From contig NC_090374.1 in the NCBI RefSeq assembly GCF_036365525.1, forward strand, positions 101,085,682 to 101,149,681: a stretch of 64,000 nucleotides of DNA. The letters run 5' to 3'. Shown here in pieces: positions 10,738 through 23,770 of this stretch. The translations under genes and the position numbers were made by a program. Under the pieces are notes generated by a model that was not told where the DNA came from, searched no databases, and was given only the letters and a program-made list of their open reading frames with translations. This DNA comes from Heterodontus francisci. Lineage: Eukaryota. The stretch's first letter is position 1. The number at the start of each line of letters is the position of its first letter.

Positions 10738-13700
10738 TTTCTTTTTTACTTTTTTTATTCATTCATGGGATGTGGGCATCGCTGGCTAGGCCAACATTTA
10801 TTGCCCATCCCTAACTGCCCTCGAGAAGGTGGTGGTGAGCTGCCTTCTTGAACCGCTGCAATCCGTGTGGGGTAGGTAGACCCACAGTGCTATTAGGAAG
10901 GGAATTCCAAGATTTTGACCCAGCGACAGTGAAGGAACGGCGATATAGTTCCAAGTCAGGATGGTGTGAGACTCGGAAGGGAACTTGCAGGTGGGTGGTG
11001 TTCCCATACAATTGCTGCCCTTGTTCTTCTAGTTGGTAGAGGTCACGGGTTTGGAAGGTGCTGTAGGGAGCCTTGGTGCCTTGCTGCAGTGCATCTTGTA
11101 GATAGTACACACTGCTGCCACTGTGCGGTGGTGGAGGGAGTGAAGGTTTGTAGATGGGGTGTCAATCAAGCGGGCTGCTTTGTCCTGGGTGGTGTCAAGC
11201 TTCCTGAATGTTGTTGGAACTGCACCCATCCAGGCAAGTGGAGAGTATTCCATCACACTCCTGACTTGCGCCTTGTAGATGGTGGACAGGCTTGGGGAGT
11301 GAGTTATACACTGCAGGATTCCGAGCCTCTGACCTGCTCTTGTAGCCATGGTATTTATATGGCTACTCCAGTTCAGTTTCTGGTCAACGGTAGCCCCTAG
11401 GATGTTGATAGTGGGGGATTCAGCGATAGTAACACCGTTGAATGTCAAGGGGAGATGGTTAGATTCTGTCTTGTTGGAGATGGTCATTGCTTGGCACTTG
11501 TGTGGCATGAATGTTACTTGCCACTTATCAGCCCAAGCCTGGATATTGTTCAGGTCTTGCTGCATTTCTACACTGACTGCTTCAGTATCTGAGGGGTCGC
11601 GAATGGTGCAATCATCAGCGAACATCCCCACTTCTGACCTTATGATTGAAGGAAGGTCATTGATGAAGCAGCTGAAGATGGTTGGGCCCAGGACACTACC
11701 CTGAGCAACTCCTGCAGTGATGTCCTGGATCTCAGTTGATTGAACTTCCAACAACCATAACCATCTTCCTTTGCGTTAGGTATGACTCCAACCAGCGGAG
11801 AGTTTTCCCTGATTCCCATTGACTCCAGTTTTGCTCGGGCTCTTTGACGCCATACTCGGTCAAATGCTGCCTTGATGTCAAGGACATTCACTCTCACCTC
11901 TTCTCTGGAGTTGTGATGAGGTCAGTAGCTGAGTGGCCCTGGTGGAACCCAAATTGAGCATCACTGAGCAGGTTATTGAGAAGCAAGTGCTGCTTGATGG
12001 CACTGTTGATGACACCTTCCATTACTTTACTGATGATTGAGAGTAGACTGACGGGACGGTAATTGGCCGGGTTGGACTTGTCCTGCTTTTTGTGTACAGG
12101 ACACACCTGGGCAATTTTCCACATTGCCGGGTAGATGCCAGTGTTGTAGCTGTACTGGAACAGCTTGGCTAGGGGCGTAGCAGGTTCTGGAGCACAGGTC
12201 TTCAGTACTATTGCCGGAATATTGTCAGGGCCCATAGCCTTTACAGTATCCAGTGCCTTCAGTCGTCTCTTGATATCACGTGGGGTGAATCGAATTGGCT
12301 GAAGACTGGCATCTGTGATGCTGGGGACTTCAGGAGGAGGCAGAGATGGAACAACTCGGCGCTTCTGGCTGAAGTTTATTACAAATGCTTCAGCCTTATC
12401 TTTCCCACTAATATGCTGGGCTCCCCCATCATGGAGGATGGGGATATTTGTGAAGCCACCTCCTCCAGTTAGTTGTTTAATTGTCCACCACCATTCAGGA
12501 CTGCAGAGCTTAGATCTGAACCATTGGTTATGGGATCAACTAGCTCTGTCTATTGCATGCTGCCTATGCAGTTTGACACGCAAGTAGTCCTCTGTTGTAG
12601 CTTCATGAGGTTGACATCTCATTTTTAGGTCTGCCTGGTGCTGCTCCTGGCATGCTCTCCTGCACTCTTCATTGAGCCAGGGTTGGTTTCCTGGCTTGAC
12701 GGTAATGGTAGAGTGGGGGATATGCTGGGCCATGAGGTTACAAATTGTGGTCGAGTACAATTCTGCTGCTGCTGATGGCCAACAGGGGCTCATGGATGGC
12801 CACTTTTGCATTGCTAGATCTGTTCGAAATCTATTCCATTTAGCACAATGATAATGCCACACAACACAATGGAGGGTATCGTCAATGTGAAGGTAAGATT
12901 TGGTCTCCACAAGGACTATGCGGTGGTCACTCCTACCAATACGGTCACGGACAGATGCATCTGCGGCATGCAGTTTGGTGAGGGCGAGGTCAAGTATGTT
13001 TTTCCCTCTTGTTGGTTCCCTCACCGCCTAATGCATACCCAGTTTGGCAGTTATGTCCTTTAGAACTCGGCCAGCTCGGTCAGTAGTGGTGCTACCGAGC
13101 CACTCTTGGTGATGGGCATTGAAGTCCCCCACCCAGAGTACATTCTGCGCCCTTGCCACCCTCAGTGCTTCCAAGTGCTGTTCAACATGGAGGAGTACTG
13201 ACTCATCAGCTGAGGGAGGGCAGTAGGTGGTAATCAGCAGGAGGTTTACTTGCCCATGTTTGACCTTATGCCATGAGACTTCATGGGGTCCGGAGTTGAT
13301 CTTGAGGACTCCCAGGGTAACTCCCTCCCTACTGTATACCACTGTCCTGCCACCGGGACAGGACATACCCGGGGATAGTGATGGTGGTGCCTGGGACATT
13401 GTCTGTAAGGTATGACTCCGTGAGTATGACTGTCAGGCTGCTGCTTGACTAGTCTGTGGGACAGCTCTCCCGACTTTGGCACAAGCCCCCAGATGTTAGC
13501 GAGGAGGACTTTGCAGGGTCAACAGGGCTGGGTTTGCCTTTGTCGTTCCAGGTGCCTAGGTCGATGCCCGGTGGTCCGTCTGGTTTCATTCCTTTTTATT
13601 GACTTCGTAGAGGTTAGCTATAACTGAGCGGCTTACTAGACCATTTCAGAGGGCACGTAAGAGTCAACCACGTTGCTGTGGGCCTGGAGTCACATGTAGG

Positions 13701-13943
13701 CCAGACCAGGTAAGGACAGCAGATTTCCTTCCCTGAAGGACATTAGTGAACCAGATGGGTTTTTACAACAATCGACAATGGTTTCATGGCCATCATTAGA
13801 CTAGCTTTTTAATTCCAGATTTATTAATTGAATTCAAATTCCACCTTCTGCTGTGGTGAGATTCAAACCCATGTCCCCAGAGCAATACTCCGGGTCTCTG
13901 GCTTTCTAGTCCAGTAACAATACCACCACACCACTGCCTCCCC
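10738..13943 (-). mobile_element. Near full-length single-ORF LINE (APE endonuclease + RT, CR1/L2 group) with a tRNA-like 5' head; frameshifted
   Basis: APE motifs (ANIWGL, ILTES, WVGDFNAHH, ILDLALT, SDH) and RT motifs (NYRPVSLLS, LDIKAAFDRVW, QGSVLGP, MFADD). Tail (TGAA)n/A-rich. A-box-like at 13921-13935 and B-box-like at 13858-13870. Confidence 0.88.
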
Positions 13944-14539
13944 TGTAATGCTGTAAATACTCAGCAGGTCTGGCAGCATCTGTGGAACGAGTGATGAAAG
14001 GTTAAAGACCTATCTCCAGATACTGCCAGACTTGACGATTTCCAGCACTTTGTTTTTATTTGCCTTCAATAAATCTGTGCTGGTAGTTCTTGGTGAACCT
14101 CTCCGTTTTTAAAAGCTTACTAAATTTATCTTGTATTATGGATTCTAAGAGTTTGCCCACAACTAATATCAGACTAATTTATCTATAATTATTCAGCTTA
14201 TAAGGTGTTCCATTAGCTACTCTTAAAACCAATTGCACAATTTGAATGTTTAAGAACGACTGAAAAATTATGGCCAGAATGTCCTCTGGTTTTTTTTTAT
14301 ATAAAAGAAAACAGTTCCAGGTGCATACAATCAGAACCTAGCTGGTTTTTTTTTTCCTCGAGCAGACCTACATTCACACTTTCACCACACCATAATTTGT
14401 AAAAAGTGATGTAAAATAGTGAATATCTGTGCCATTTCATCCTGCACAATTAACTCCTTCCTTCAACCCAGTGTATCATATCCTTTCTATTTTTACATTT
14501 TATGAGATAAATTAGGCAATTTCTTTTTGTGGTATTAGT

Positions 14540-16060
14540 TGAGGAAGGAATATTGGTCAATCAAGGAAGATGGCTCAGAACACAGAGAATTCACTCCTCT
14601 TTTTCAAATTCTTTTGGGCCTCCTTATCTCGAGAGACAATGGATACGCGCCTGGAGGTGGTCAGTGGTTTGTGAAGCAGCGCCTGGAGTGGCTATAAAGG
14701 CCAATTCTGGAGTAACAGGCTCTTCCACAGGTGCTGCAGAGAAATTTGTTTGTTGGGGCTGTTGCACAGTTGGCTCTCCCCTTGCGCCTCTGTCTTTTTT
14801 CCTGCCAACTACTAAGTCTCTTCGACTCGCCACAATTTAGCCCTGTCTTTATGGCTGCCCGCCAGCTCTGGCGAATGCTGGCAACTGACTCCCACGACTT
14901 GTGATCAATGTCACACGATTTCATGTCGCGTTTGCAGACGTCTTTATAACGGAGACATGGACGGCCGGTGGGTCTGATACCAGTGGCGAGCTCGCTGTAC
15001 AATGTGTCTTTGGGGATCCTGCCATCTTCCATGCGGCTCACATGGCCAAGCCATCTCAAGCGCCGCTGACCCAGTAGTGTGTATAAGCTGGGGATGTTGG
15101 CCGCTTCAAGGACTTCTGTGTTGGAGATATAGTCCTGCCACCTGATGCCAAGTATTCTCCGAAGGCAGCGAAGATGGAATGAATTGAGACGTCGCTCTTG
15201 GCTGGCATACGTTGTCCAGGCCTCGCTGCCGTAGAGCAAGGTACTGAGGACACAGGCCTGATACACTCGGACTTTTGTGTTCCGTGTCAGTGCGCCATTT
15301 TCCCACACTCTCTTGGCCAGTCTGAACATAGCAGTGGAAGCCTTACCCATGCGCTTGTTGATTTCTGCATCTAGAGACAGGTTACTGGTGATAGTTGAGC
15401 CTAGGTAGGTGAACTCTTGAACCACTTCCAGAGCGTGGTCGCCAATATTGATGGATGGAGCATTTCTGACATCCTGCCCCATGATGTTCGTTTTCTTGAG
15501 GCTGATGGTTAGGCCAAATTCATTGCAGGCAGACGCAAACCTGTCGATGAGACTCTGCAGGCATTCTTCAGTGTGAGATGTTAAAGCAGCATCGTCAGCA
15601 AAGAGGAGTTCTCTGATGAGGACTTTCCGTACTTTGGACTTCGCTCTTAGACGGGCAAGGTTGAACAACCTGCCCCCTGATCTTGTGTGGAGGAAAATTC
15701 CTTCTTCAGAGGATTTGAACGCATGTGAAAGCAGCAGGGAGAAGAAAATCCCAAAAAGTGTGGGTGCGAGAACACAGCCCTGTTTCACACCACTCAGGAT
15801 AGGAAAGGGCTCTGATGAGGAGCCACCATGTTGAATTGTGCCTTTCATATTGTCATGGAATGAGGTGATGATACTTAGTAGCTTTGGTGGACATCCGATC
15901 TTTTCTAGTAGTCTGAAGAGACCACGTCTGCTGACGAGGTCAAAGGCTTTGGTGAGATCAATGAAAGCAATGTAGAGGGGCACTCCTCTTTTTCAAATAG
16001 TGCCATGGGATCTTATAGGCAGACAGACTTCCTTTCACATCATTTTCCAGAAGACAGTGC
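14540..16060 (+). mobile_element. Degraded DeuSINE-like relic split by the RTE insertion
   Basis: Rejoined flanks read ...ctcctctttttcaaatagtgccatgggatctt..., resembling the Deu-domain core as I recall it. Confidence 0.4.
14610..15980 (-). mobile_element. Young 5'-truncated RTE (BovB-like) LINE with an intact 440-codon RT/C-terminal frame
   Basis: FIDLTKAFD, GVKQGCVLAP, LFADD, C-terminal CxxC...HxxxC. Perfect 18-bp TSD cactcctctttttcaaat at 14592-14609 and 15981-15998. Confidence 0.95.
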
Positions 16061-16234
16061 AAGAGTCTGGGAGTAAGGATATTGTGGTCAGGAGTAGCTG
16101 CAAGATTTGGAGAGCAGTATTAAGGTTTGGAATATTGAGTGAGGGAGAAAGGAAGGTGGGCAATAAAGGTTCTAAAATTTTCCTTAAACCCCCACCCCCA
16201 AAGAAGCTTTGTAACAGTCAGTCATTCGCCACTG

Positions 16235-17086
16235 AGCTGTGATCCTGTAGTTTTTTTTCGCTTTTCCAGGAAGTATGCGGTGTGCTTTTAAGGCTGGAAA
16301 AGGATCAGAACTGCTTTAAGGCAGCAAGCTCTATGGACTGTGATTCAAAGATTGCATTCTGGTTGCCCCGACATACAGTCACTCAGAGACAGAGGATCAA
16401 GAGGTACATTGTTACCGATTGACATTTAAAACGAGCTGCAAAACTGGCTTTTGAGACACAGTTAACAGATACATACAGACTGTCTGCCAGCATACACTGA
16501 AGGAAGAGAGAGCTCTCGGTTTATTTAAACCCTATTTATTATACTCTCAGAACTCTGATGTCAAGCCAGATTAATTACTTGAAAGAAAATAAACAATTCC
16601 TTTAACTACCGAACAGTAATTGCTGAAATTCATTGCTGGAAAAGAGCAAGAATTCAACTGCTGTATTAGACTACGGACTGTCCTACTGTTGAAGAACCTT
16701 TCTTCACCCTGCGATCGGACGGCTGTGAAAACTTCAAGCAAACTTGGACTGTTCCATTGGAAGATTTCACTTCGGCAGGAGCATAAATGTGCAAGGACAA
16801 TTTTTTTTTCTATTTTAAATGTTGCTTATATCTTAGTAGTGTTTAAGAATTTAGATTTTCTAATTAAACAGTTAATTTGTTGATCTAAAGACATCTGGTT
16901 TGGTTAGCCTCATTCGGGCGTTAATAGATGGTTCAATTTGGCTGAGTCTTTCTTTAATTTGGAAAGTTTAAGATGATATGAGAGACAATCTGTGGAGGGA
17001 CGGGACTGAATCAACAGTGTGTTTCTCCCACCACAATCAGAATCGTATATTTTGATTGGGGGCTTTGACTTGAGTCGGTCCTAACA
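16235..17086 (+). mobile_element. Solo LTR, second family (copy 2)
   Basis: Collinear with 9410-10385 (e.g. tttggttagcctcattc, cacaatcagaatcgtatattttgatt), ends ctaaca, TSD actg/attg. Confidence 0.78.
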
Positions 17087-17109
17087 ATTGGGAGTCGAAT
17101 CATTGTTTA

Positions 17110-17391
<282 letters not shown>

Positions 17392-17762
17392 CTATTGGCA
17401 AGAAACAAATAAATATTCATAAAGATATTGGCCATTCAAACAAAAACCACAACATCCACATAGAGTACAAGATTTATTCAGGCAATCAATCCAAGAGGCT
17501 GTTCCTGAAGCCTGCTGAGACAATAAGAAAATAAAAGATGGAGAAATATTTAACTCTCCCAGAGTTACAAAATATTTTAAGTTGCAACTAAAAACAAACA
17601 AAGCTCAAGCATACTGGAGTTGCTTTCAATGTGGCACTCTTAGGTCAGCAATGGCAATGGTCCAAATATGCTTTACCAAATATAATTTGCCAACAGATGC
17701 CATATTGGCAACAAGTTATTCTTGAAATTTGCATTTATTAATGAGAAATAAAAAGGATGTAC

Positions 17763-17924
17763 CTGGTTCTCAAACAAATCTTCTTGGACTTCTTTCCACA
17801 TTTCCAGCTCTAATGCAGCTTTATACTCCATCGTCTCACGAGGCTCAGGTTCAAGACCCGGCTCTGAAGCCTGCACAGGCTTAGTTGAAGGATCAGGCTG
17901 TTGTTTGTGTCCAATATTAGAATT
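17763..17924 (-). CDS. CEP120: CEP120 exon, 162 nt, phase 0 to 0
   Basis: Acceptor ttattttag| and donor CAG|gtacat. Translates ...[30 protein letters not shown], against human [28 protein letters not shown]. Confidence 0.96.
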
Positions 17925-18632
17925 CTAAAATAAAAAAACAGATATTTACCATATATGAATTATATTCACATTTGTGCTCTAAGCAAATACTGAAGAATAT
18001 TTGAGCAGTAGTAGGCCATTCAGCCCCTTGCGCCTGTTCAACCATTCAATTAGAGCATGGCTGATTTGTACCTCAAATCCATTTACTCACCTTAGCTCCA
18101 TATCCCTTGATATATTTAATTAGCAAAAAAAAAAAATCACTGAGTCTTAGAAACTCCAATTGTTTCAGCATCCATAATCTTTTGGGGAAGAGAGCTCCAG
18201 ATTTCTGCTCCCCTTTGTACAAAAAAGTGCTTCTTGATTCCCCTTTTAAATGGTCTAGCTCTGATTTTAAGATTATGCCCACTATTACCCACCTGGTAAG
18301 TGATTGGTGGGTATTTCGTGCTTCCGCGTCTCGTGTTTTTTTTTTAGATTTGGCCAAGTGATTTAAATCAGGCGACGTCATTACAGGTTAAGAGACCACT
18401 TAAATAGTTCTTTATTTTTGATATACCGAGATCCAAATTAATTAATTAAATCGAATAGAGATGGCTGGGCAGGCGATGCGTTGCAACTGTATTATGTGGG
18501 AGCTGGTGGACGCCGGTTCAATCCAGGGTGACCACATCAGCAGCAAGTGTTGGCTGCTCGAGGATCTTCGGCTCAGAGTTGATGATACATCAGGGAGGGG
18601 CAGAGTTACCTGGACACACTGTTTCAGGAGAC

Positions 18633-18980
18633 AGGCGGCACAGTGGCGCAGTGGCTAGCACCGCAGCCTCACAGCTCCAGCGACCCGGGTTCAATTCTGG
18701 GTACTGCCTGTGTGGAGTTTGCAAGTTCTCCCTGTGACTGCGTGCGTTTCCTCCGGGTGCTCCGGTTTCCTCCCACATGCCAAAGACTTGCAGGTTGATA
18801 GGTTAATTGGCCATTATAAATTGCCCCTAGTATAGGTAGGTGGTAGAGAAATATAGGGACAGGTGGGGATGTGGTAGGAATATGGAATTAGTGTAGGATT
18901 AGTATAAATGGGTGGTTGATGGTCGGCACAGACTCGGTAGGTCGAAGGGCCTGTTTCAGTGCTGTATCTCTAAACTAAAT
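18633..18980 (+). mobile_element. tRNA-derived V-SINE (elasmobranch HE1-like), full length
   Basis: A box tggcgcagtgg, B box gggttcaattc, V-domain-like gtgtggagtttgca...tgctccggtttcctcccaca, CR1-like tail gggcctgtttcagtgctgtatctctaaactaa. Confidence 0.9.
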
Positions 18981-21900
18981 TAAGTCACACTCCTTAGATT
19001 AACTACCTTGAATTCAGTCAGTGGTCAGGGACAGGAGGGTGTGACTGCAAGTGAGGCAGGTATGGTGAACCATAATTTACCTTTGGAGGAGCCTCAGCCA
19101 GTGCCCTTATCCAATAGGTACGAGGTTCTTGCTCCCAGTGTGGACGAGGGCACAGACTGTAGGGAGAATGAGTGAAATAACCAAATCACTGCGGTTCAGA
19201 GTGCCATTCAAGTGGGGGGAAGAAAACAGAAATGTAGTTTTAGTAGGGGATAGCATAGTTAGGGGAGTAGATACTGTTCTCTGCAGCAAAGATAGAGCCC
19301 CGAAGGCTGTGTTGCCTACCTGGTGCCAAGGTTAAGGACATCTCTTCTGGGCTGGAGAGGAACTTGGAGTGGGAGGGAAAAGATCCAGTTGTCGTGGTCC
19401 ACATAGGTACCAATGACATAGGTAGGACTAGGAAAGAGCGTCTGCTGAGGGACGATAAGCAGCTCGGGGCCAAATTAAAAAGCAGAACCACAAAGGTAAT
19501 AATCTCTGGATTACTCCGAGCCACGGGCAAATTGGCATAGGGCAAATAAGATTAGAGAGGTAAATGTGTGGCTCAAAGATTGGTGTGGGAAAATTGGGTT
19601 CTGATTCCTAGGACACTGGCACTAGTACTGGGGAAAGAGAGCGCTGTTGCGTTGGGATGGGCTTCACTTGAGCCATGCTGGGACCAGTGTCCTGGCGAAT
19701 CGTATAACTAGGGTTATAGATAAGGCTTTAAACTAAATAGTGCGGGGGGGAAGGTTCAATTGAAAGAAAGTTTTTAAAAAATAGTCGAAAAGTAACGAGA
19801 GAGCAGAGATGAAGGATCATACATGAATCAGAGTGACAGGAAGGGACAGAGAATACAAGCATAAGAGTACAGCAGAAATTAGAACCAGAGTAAGTAAAAA
19901 TGGTAAAAAGTCAAAGCTTAAGGCTCTTCATCTGAATGCACGTAGCATTTGTAACAAGATAGATGAGCTGACGACACAGATAGAAATAAAGGAATATGAT
20001 TTGATAGCTATCACTGAGACGTGGTTGCAGGATGACCAGGACTGGAATCTTAATGTTCAAGGATATTCGATGTTCCAGAAGAATAGGCAGAAAGGAAAAA
20101 GGAGCTAGGGTAGCTTTGCTATTAAAGGAAGGCATCAGTGCAGTTGTGAGTAATGATATAGGTGAAACAGATATTGATGTAGAATCAGTTTGGGTGGAAA
20201 TAAGGAATAGCAAGGGAAAGAAATCATGGGTGGGAGCAGTCTATAGGCCCACAAGGAGTTGTGTCTCTGCAGGACAAGATATTAATCAGGAAATAATGGA
20301 GGCGTGTAAGAAGGGCACTGCAATTATCATGGGTGATTTTAACCTGCATATAGACTGGACAAATCAAATTGGCAAGAGTAGCATGGAAGATGAATTTGTA
20401 GAGTGCCTCAGAGATTTTTACTTCGAGCAATACGTTGCAGAACCTACCAGGGAACAGGCTATTTTAGATTTGGTATTGTGTAATGAGGTAGGATTAATAA
20501 AAGATCTCTTAGTTAAGGATCCTTTAGGGGGAAGCGATCATAACATGGTAGAATTTCAAATTCAGTTTGAGGGTGAGCAACTCTGCTCTCAAACCAGTGT
20601 CTTCAACTTAAACAAGGGCAATTACAGAGGTATGAAGAAAGAGTTGTCTAAAACAGGCTGGGAAGATAGACTACAGTGGAAGTCAGTAGATGAGCAGTAA
20701 CACTCAGCAAACATTTATTCCGGTCAGAAGGAAGGACTCGAAGAGAACGATGAACCACCTGTGGATAACAAAGGAACTTGAGAGTACCAAATCAAAAGCA
20801 AAGGCGTACAATGCAGCAAAAACGAGTGGTAGACCAGAGGATTGTGAATTTTTTTAGAAACCAGCAGCGGATGACTAAAAAAAAACTCATGAAGACAGAA
20901 AAAATTAATTATGAGAGTAAACTGACAAGAAATATAAAAACAAATAGTAAGAGCTTCTATGGGTATATTAAAAAGGAAGAGAGTAGCTAAAGTAAGTGTG
21001 GGACCCTTAGAGGATGAGACTGGGGAATTAATAACAGCGAACAGGGAAATGGCAGATAATTTAAACCAATATTTTGCATCGGTCTTCATGGTGGAGGGCA
21101 CTGTAAACATCCCTGCAATAATAGATGAGCAAGGTGTAAATGGATTTGTAACAATCTCTATCACTAGGAAAAAGGTGGACAAACTGATGGGACTGAAGGC
21201 AGACAAGTCGCCAGGACCTGATGGCCTGCATCCAAGGGTTTTAAAAGAAGTGGCTGCAGAGATAGTGGAAGCATTGGTCATAATATACCAAAACTCACTG
21301 GATTCCGGTAGGGTACCAGCGGATTGGAAAACCGCTAATGTGACACCCCTATTCAAGAAAGGAGGAAGACAGAAAGCAGTAAACTACAGACCAGTTTAGC
21401 TTAACATCTGTCATTGGAAAATGCTCGAGCCCATTAAGGAAGAAATAGCAGGACATTTAGAAAAACATAATGCAAACAAACAGAGTCAACATGGTTTTAT
21501 GAAAGGGAAATCATGTTTGACAAATTTGTTAGAGTTCTTTGAGGATATACCAAGCAGAGTGGATAAAGAGGAACCAGTAGATGTAGTGTATTTGGATTGT
21601 CAGAAGGCGTTTGATAAAGGTGCCATATAAAAGGTTATTGCACAAAATAATAACTCAGGGAATTGGGGGTAATGTGTTGGCATGGATTGAGGATTGGCTA
21701 GCACACAGAAGGCAGAGAGTCGGGATCAATGGGTCATTTTCAGGTTGGAAAGCTGTAACTAGTGGGATGGAAAAGAATCGGTCCTAGGGCCTCAACGATT
21801 TACTATCTATATTAGTGACTTAGAGGAAGGGACGGAGTGTAGTGTATCCAAATTTGCTGACGATACAAAAATAGGTGGGAAGGCATGTTGTGATGAGGAC

Positions 21901-22403
21901 ACAAAGATAGAGAGGTTAAGTGAGTGGGCAAAAACTTGGCAGATGGAGTTCAATGTAGGAAAGTGTGAGGTAATCTATTTTGGTAGGAAGAATAAAACGG
22001 CAGATTATTTAGATGGAGAAAGACTACAAAATACTGCAGTACAGAGGGATCTGGATGTTCTTGCGCATAAAACACAAAATGTTAGCGTGCAGGTGCAGCA
22101 AGTAATTAGGAAGGCAAATGGAATTTTGGCCTTTATTGCTAGGGGGTTGAGTTTAAAACTAGGGAAGTCTTGTTACGACTGTACAGGGTGATGGTGAGGC
22201 CACACCTGGAGCATCACGTACAGTTTTGGTCCCCGTATTTAAAGGAGGATATACTAGCACTGGAGACAGTTCAGAAAAGTTTCACTAGGCTGATTCCTGG
22301 GATGAAGGGGTTGTCTCATCAAGTCATTGGAGTGTAGAAGAATGAGAGGTGATCTTATTGAAACATAAGATTTTAAGGAGGCTTGACAGGGTAGATGTTG
22401 AGA

Positions 22404-22763
22404 ATAAAAGCAAAATACTGCAGATGCTGGAAATCTGAAATAAAAACAAGAAATGCTGGAATCACTCAGCAGGTCTGGCAGCATCTGTGGAGAGAGAAGC
22501 AAAGTTAACGTTTCGGGTCAGTGAACCTTCTTCGGAACTGGCAAATATTAGAAATGTGAAAGGTTATAAGCAAGTAAAGCGGGGGTGGGGCAAGAGATAA
22601 CAAGGCCGCAGAATAGCTGACCAGAAGGTCATGGAGCAAAGGCAAACAATATGTTAATGGTGTGTTGAAAGACCAAGTATTAGTACATATAGGGTGTTAA
22701 CGGACTGAAGATTGAACAGCAGCAAGCACAAACATGAAAAAAAAGTGGGTAAGCAATCTGAAA
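22404..22763 (-). mobile_element. Penelope-derived terminal repeat inserted in CR1
   Basis: TSD atgttgaga at 22395-22403 and 22764-22772. Near identical to 45940-46343. Confidence 0.85.
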
Positions 22764-23204
22764 ATGTTGAGATGTTTCCACTAGTGGGGGAATCTCAAAC
22801 TAGGGGACATAGTTACAGAATAAGGAAGCACACTTTCAAACTGAGATGCGAAGGAATTTCTTCTCTCAAAGGGTGGTGAATCTCTGGAATTCTCTACCTC
22901 AGAGTTGTGGAGGCTAGGTCACTAAATGTATTTAAGGAGGAAGTAGAATTTTGAAATCTCGGGGAGTCGAGGGTTAGGCGGAGCAGGCTCAAAAGAGGAG
23001 TTGAGGCCTGGGACAGATCAACCATGATCTTATTGAATGGCGGGACAGGCTCAAGGGGCTGAATGGCCTACTCCTGCTCCTATTTCTTATGTTATCAACT
23101 AAAATAGCTTTGCTGTATCTAGCCTATTGAACCCTTTAAACATTTTAAAACACATCAATCAAACCACCACTTGGTCTTCAAAACTCAAGGTAATGCAAGC
23201 TTAG

Positions 23205-23770
23205 TATAGGAACAGGGGTAGGCCATTGAGCCCCTCAAGCCTGTCCCGCCATTCAATGAGATCATGGCTGATCCACGGCCTAACTCCATGTACCTGCCTT
23301 TGGCCCATAGCCCTTAATATCTTTGCTTAACAAAAATCTATCAATCTCAGATTTAAAATTAACAGCTGTTCTAGCTTCAACTGCTGTTTGAGAGAGTGTT
23401 CCAAACTTCTACCACCCTTTGCGTGAAGAAGTGCTTCCCAACATCTCTCCTGAACGGGCTGGCCTAATTTTTAGACTACGCCCCCTAGTTTTAGAATCTC
23501 CAACTAGTAGAAATAGTTTCTCTTTATCTATCTAGTCTATGCAATCTGCCCTCATGATTTACCCCTCGAAAGCCAGATATCATTCAGGAAAATCTGCATT
23601 GCACCCTCTCCAAGGCCAATATATCAATCATGAGCTGCGGTGCCAAAAAATGAACACAGTACTCCAGATGGGGCCCGACCAAGGCTCTATACAACCAAAA
23701 CATAACTTAATTCCCTTTGCAATCTAGCCCTCTAGAGATAAAGGGCAAAATTCCATTCGACTTTGATTTC
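23205..23770 (-). mobile_element. CR1 3' fragment
   Basis: Antisense CR1 tail (aggccattgagcccctcaagcctgtcccgccattcaat) and an LVGPHLEYCVHF motif. Confidence 0.8.

Larger units (their letters stand above)
18291..23093 (+). mobile_element. Near full-length, decayed CR1 LINE (ORF1 zinc finger + SGNH esterase; ORF2 APE + RT), nested in an older antisense CR1 3' end
   Basis: ORF1 motifs VLVGDSIVRG, HIGTNDIG, DGLHL. ORF2 motifs LNARSI, AITETWL, MGDFN, SDHN, SPGPDG, SCLTNLLEFFE, KFADD. CR1 tail cctactcctgctcctatttcttatgt. Confidence 0.92.

Noticed and set aside
9410-17086. Two same-family LTRs in direct orientation read as one provirus
   Set aside because: Each has its own TSD (agat; actg/attg), and the sequence between them is L2, LINE and RTE with no gag-pol.
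18633-18710. tRNA gene
   Set aside because: This is the head of a V-SINE, continuing into the SINE body and CR1-like tail; the same applies at 63660-63738.
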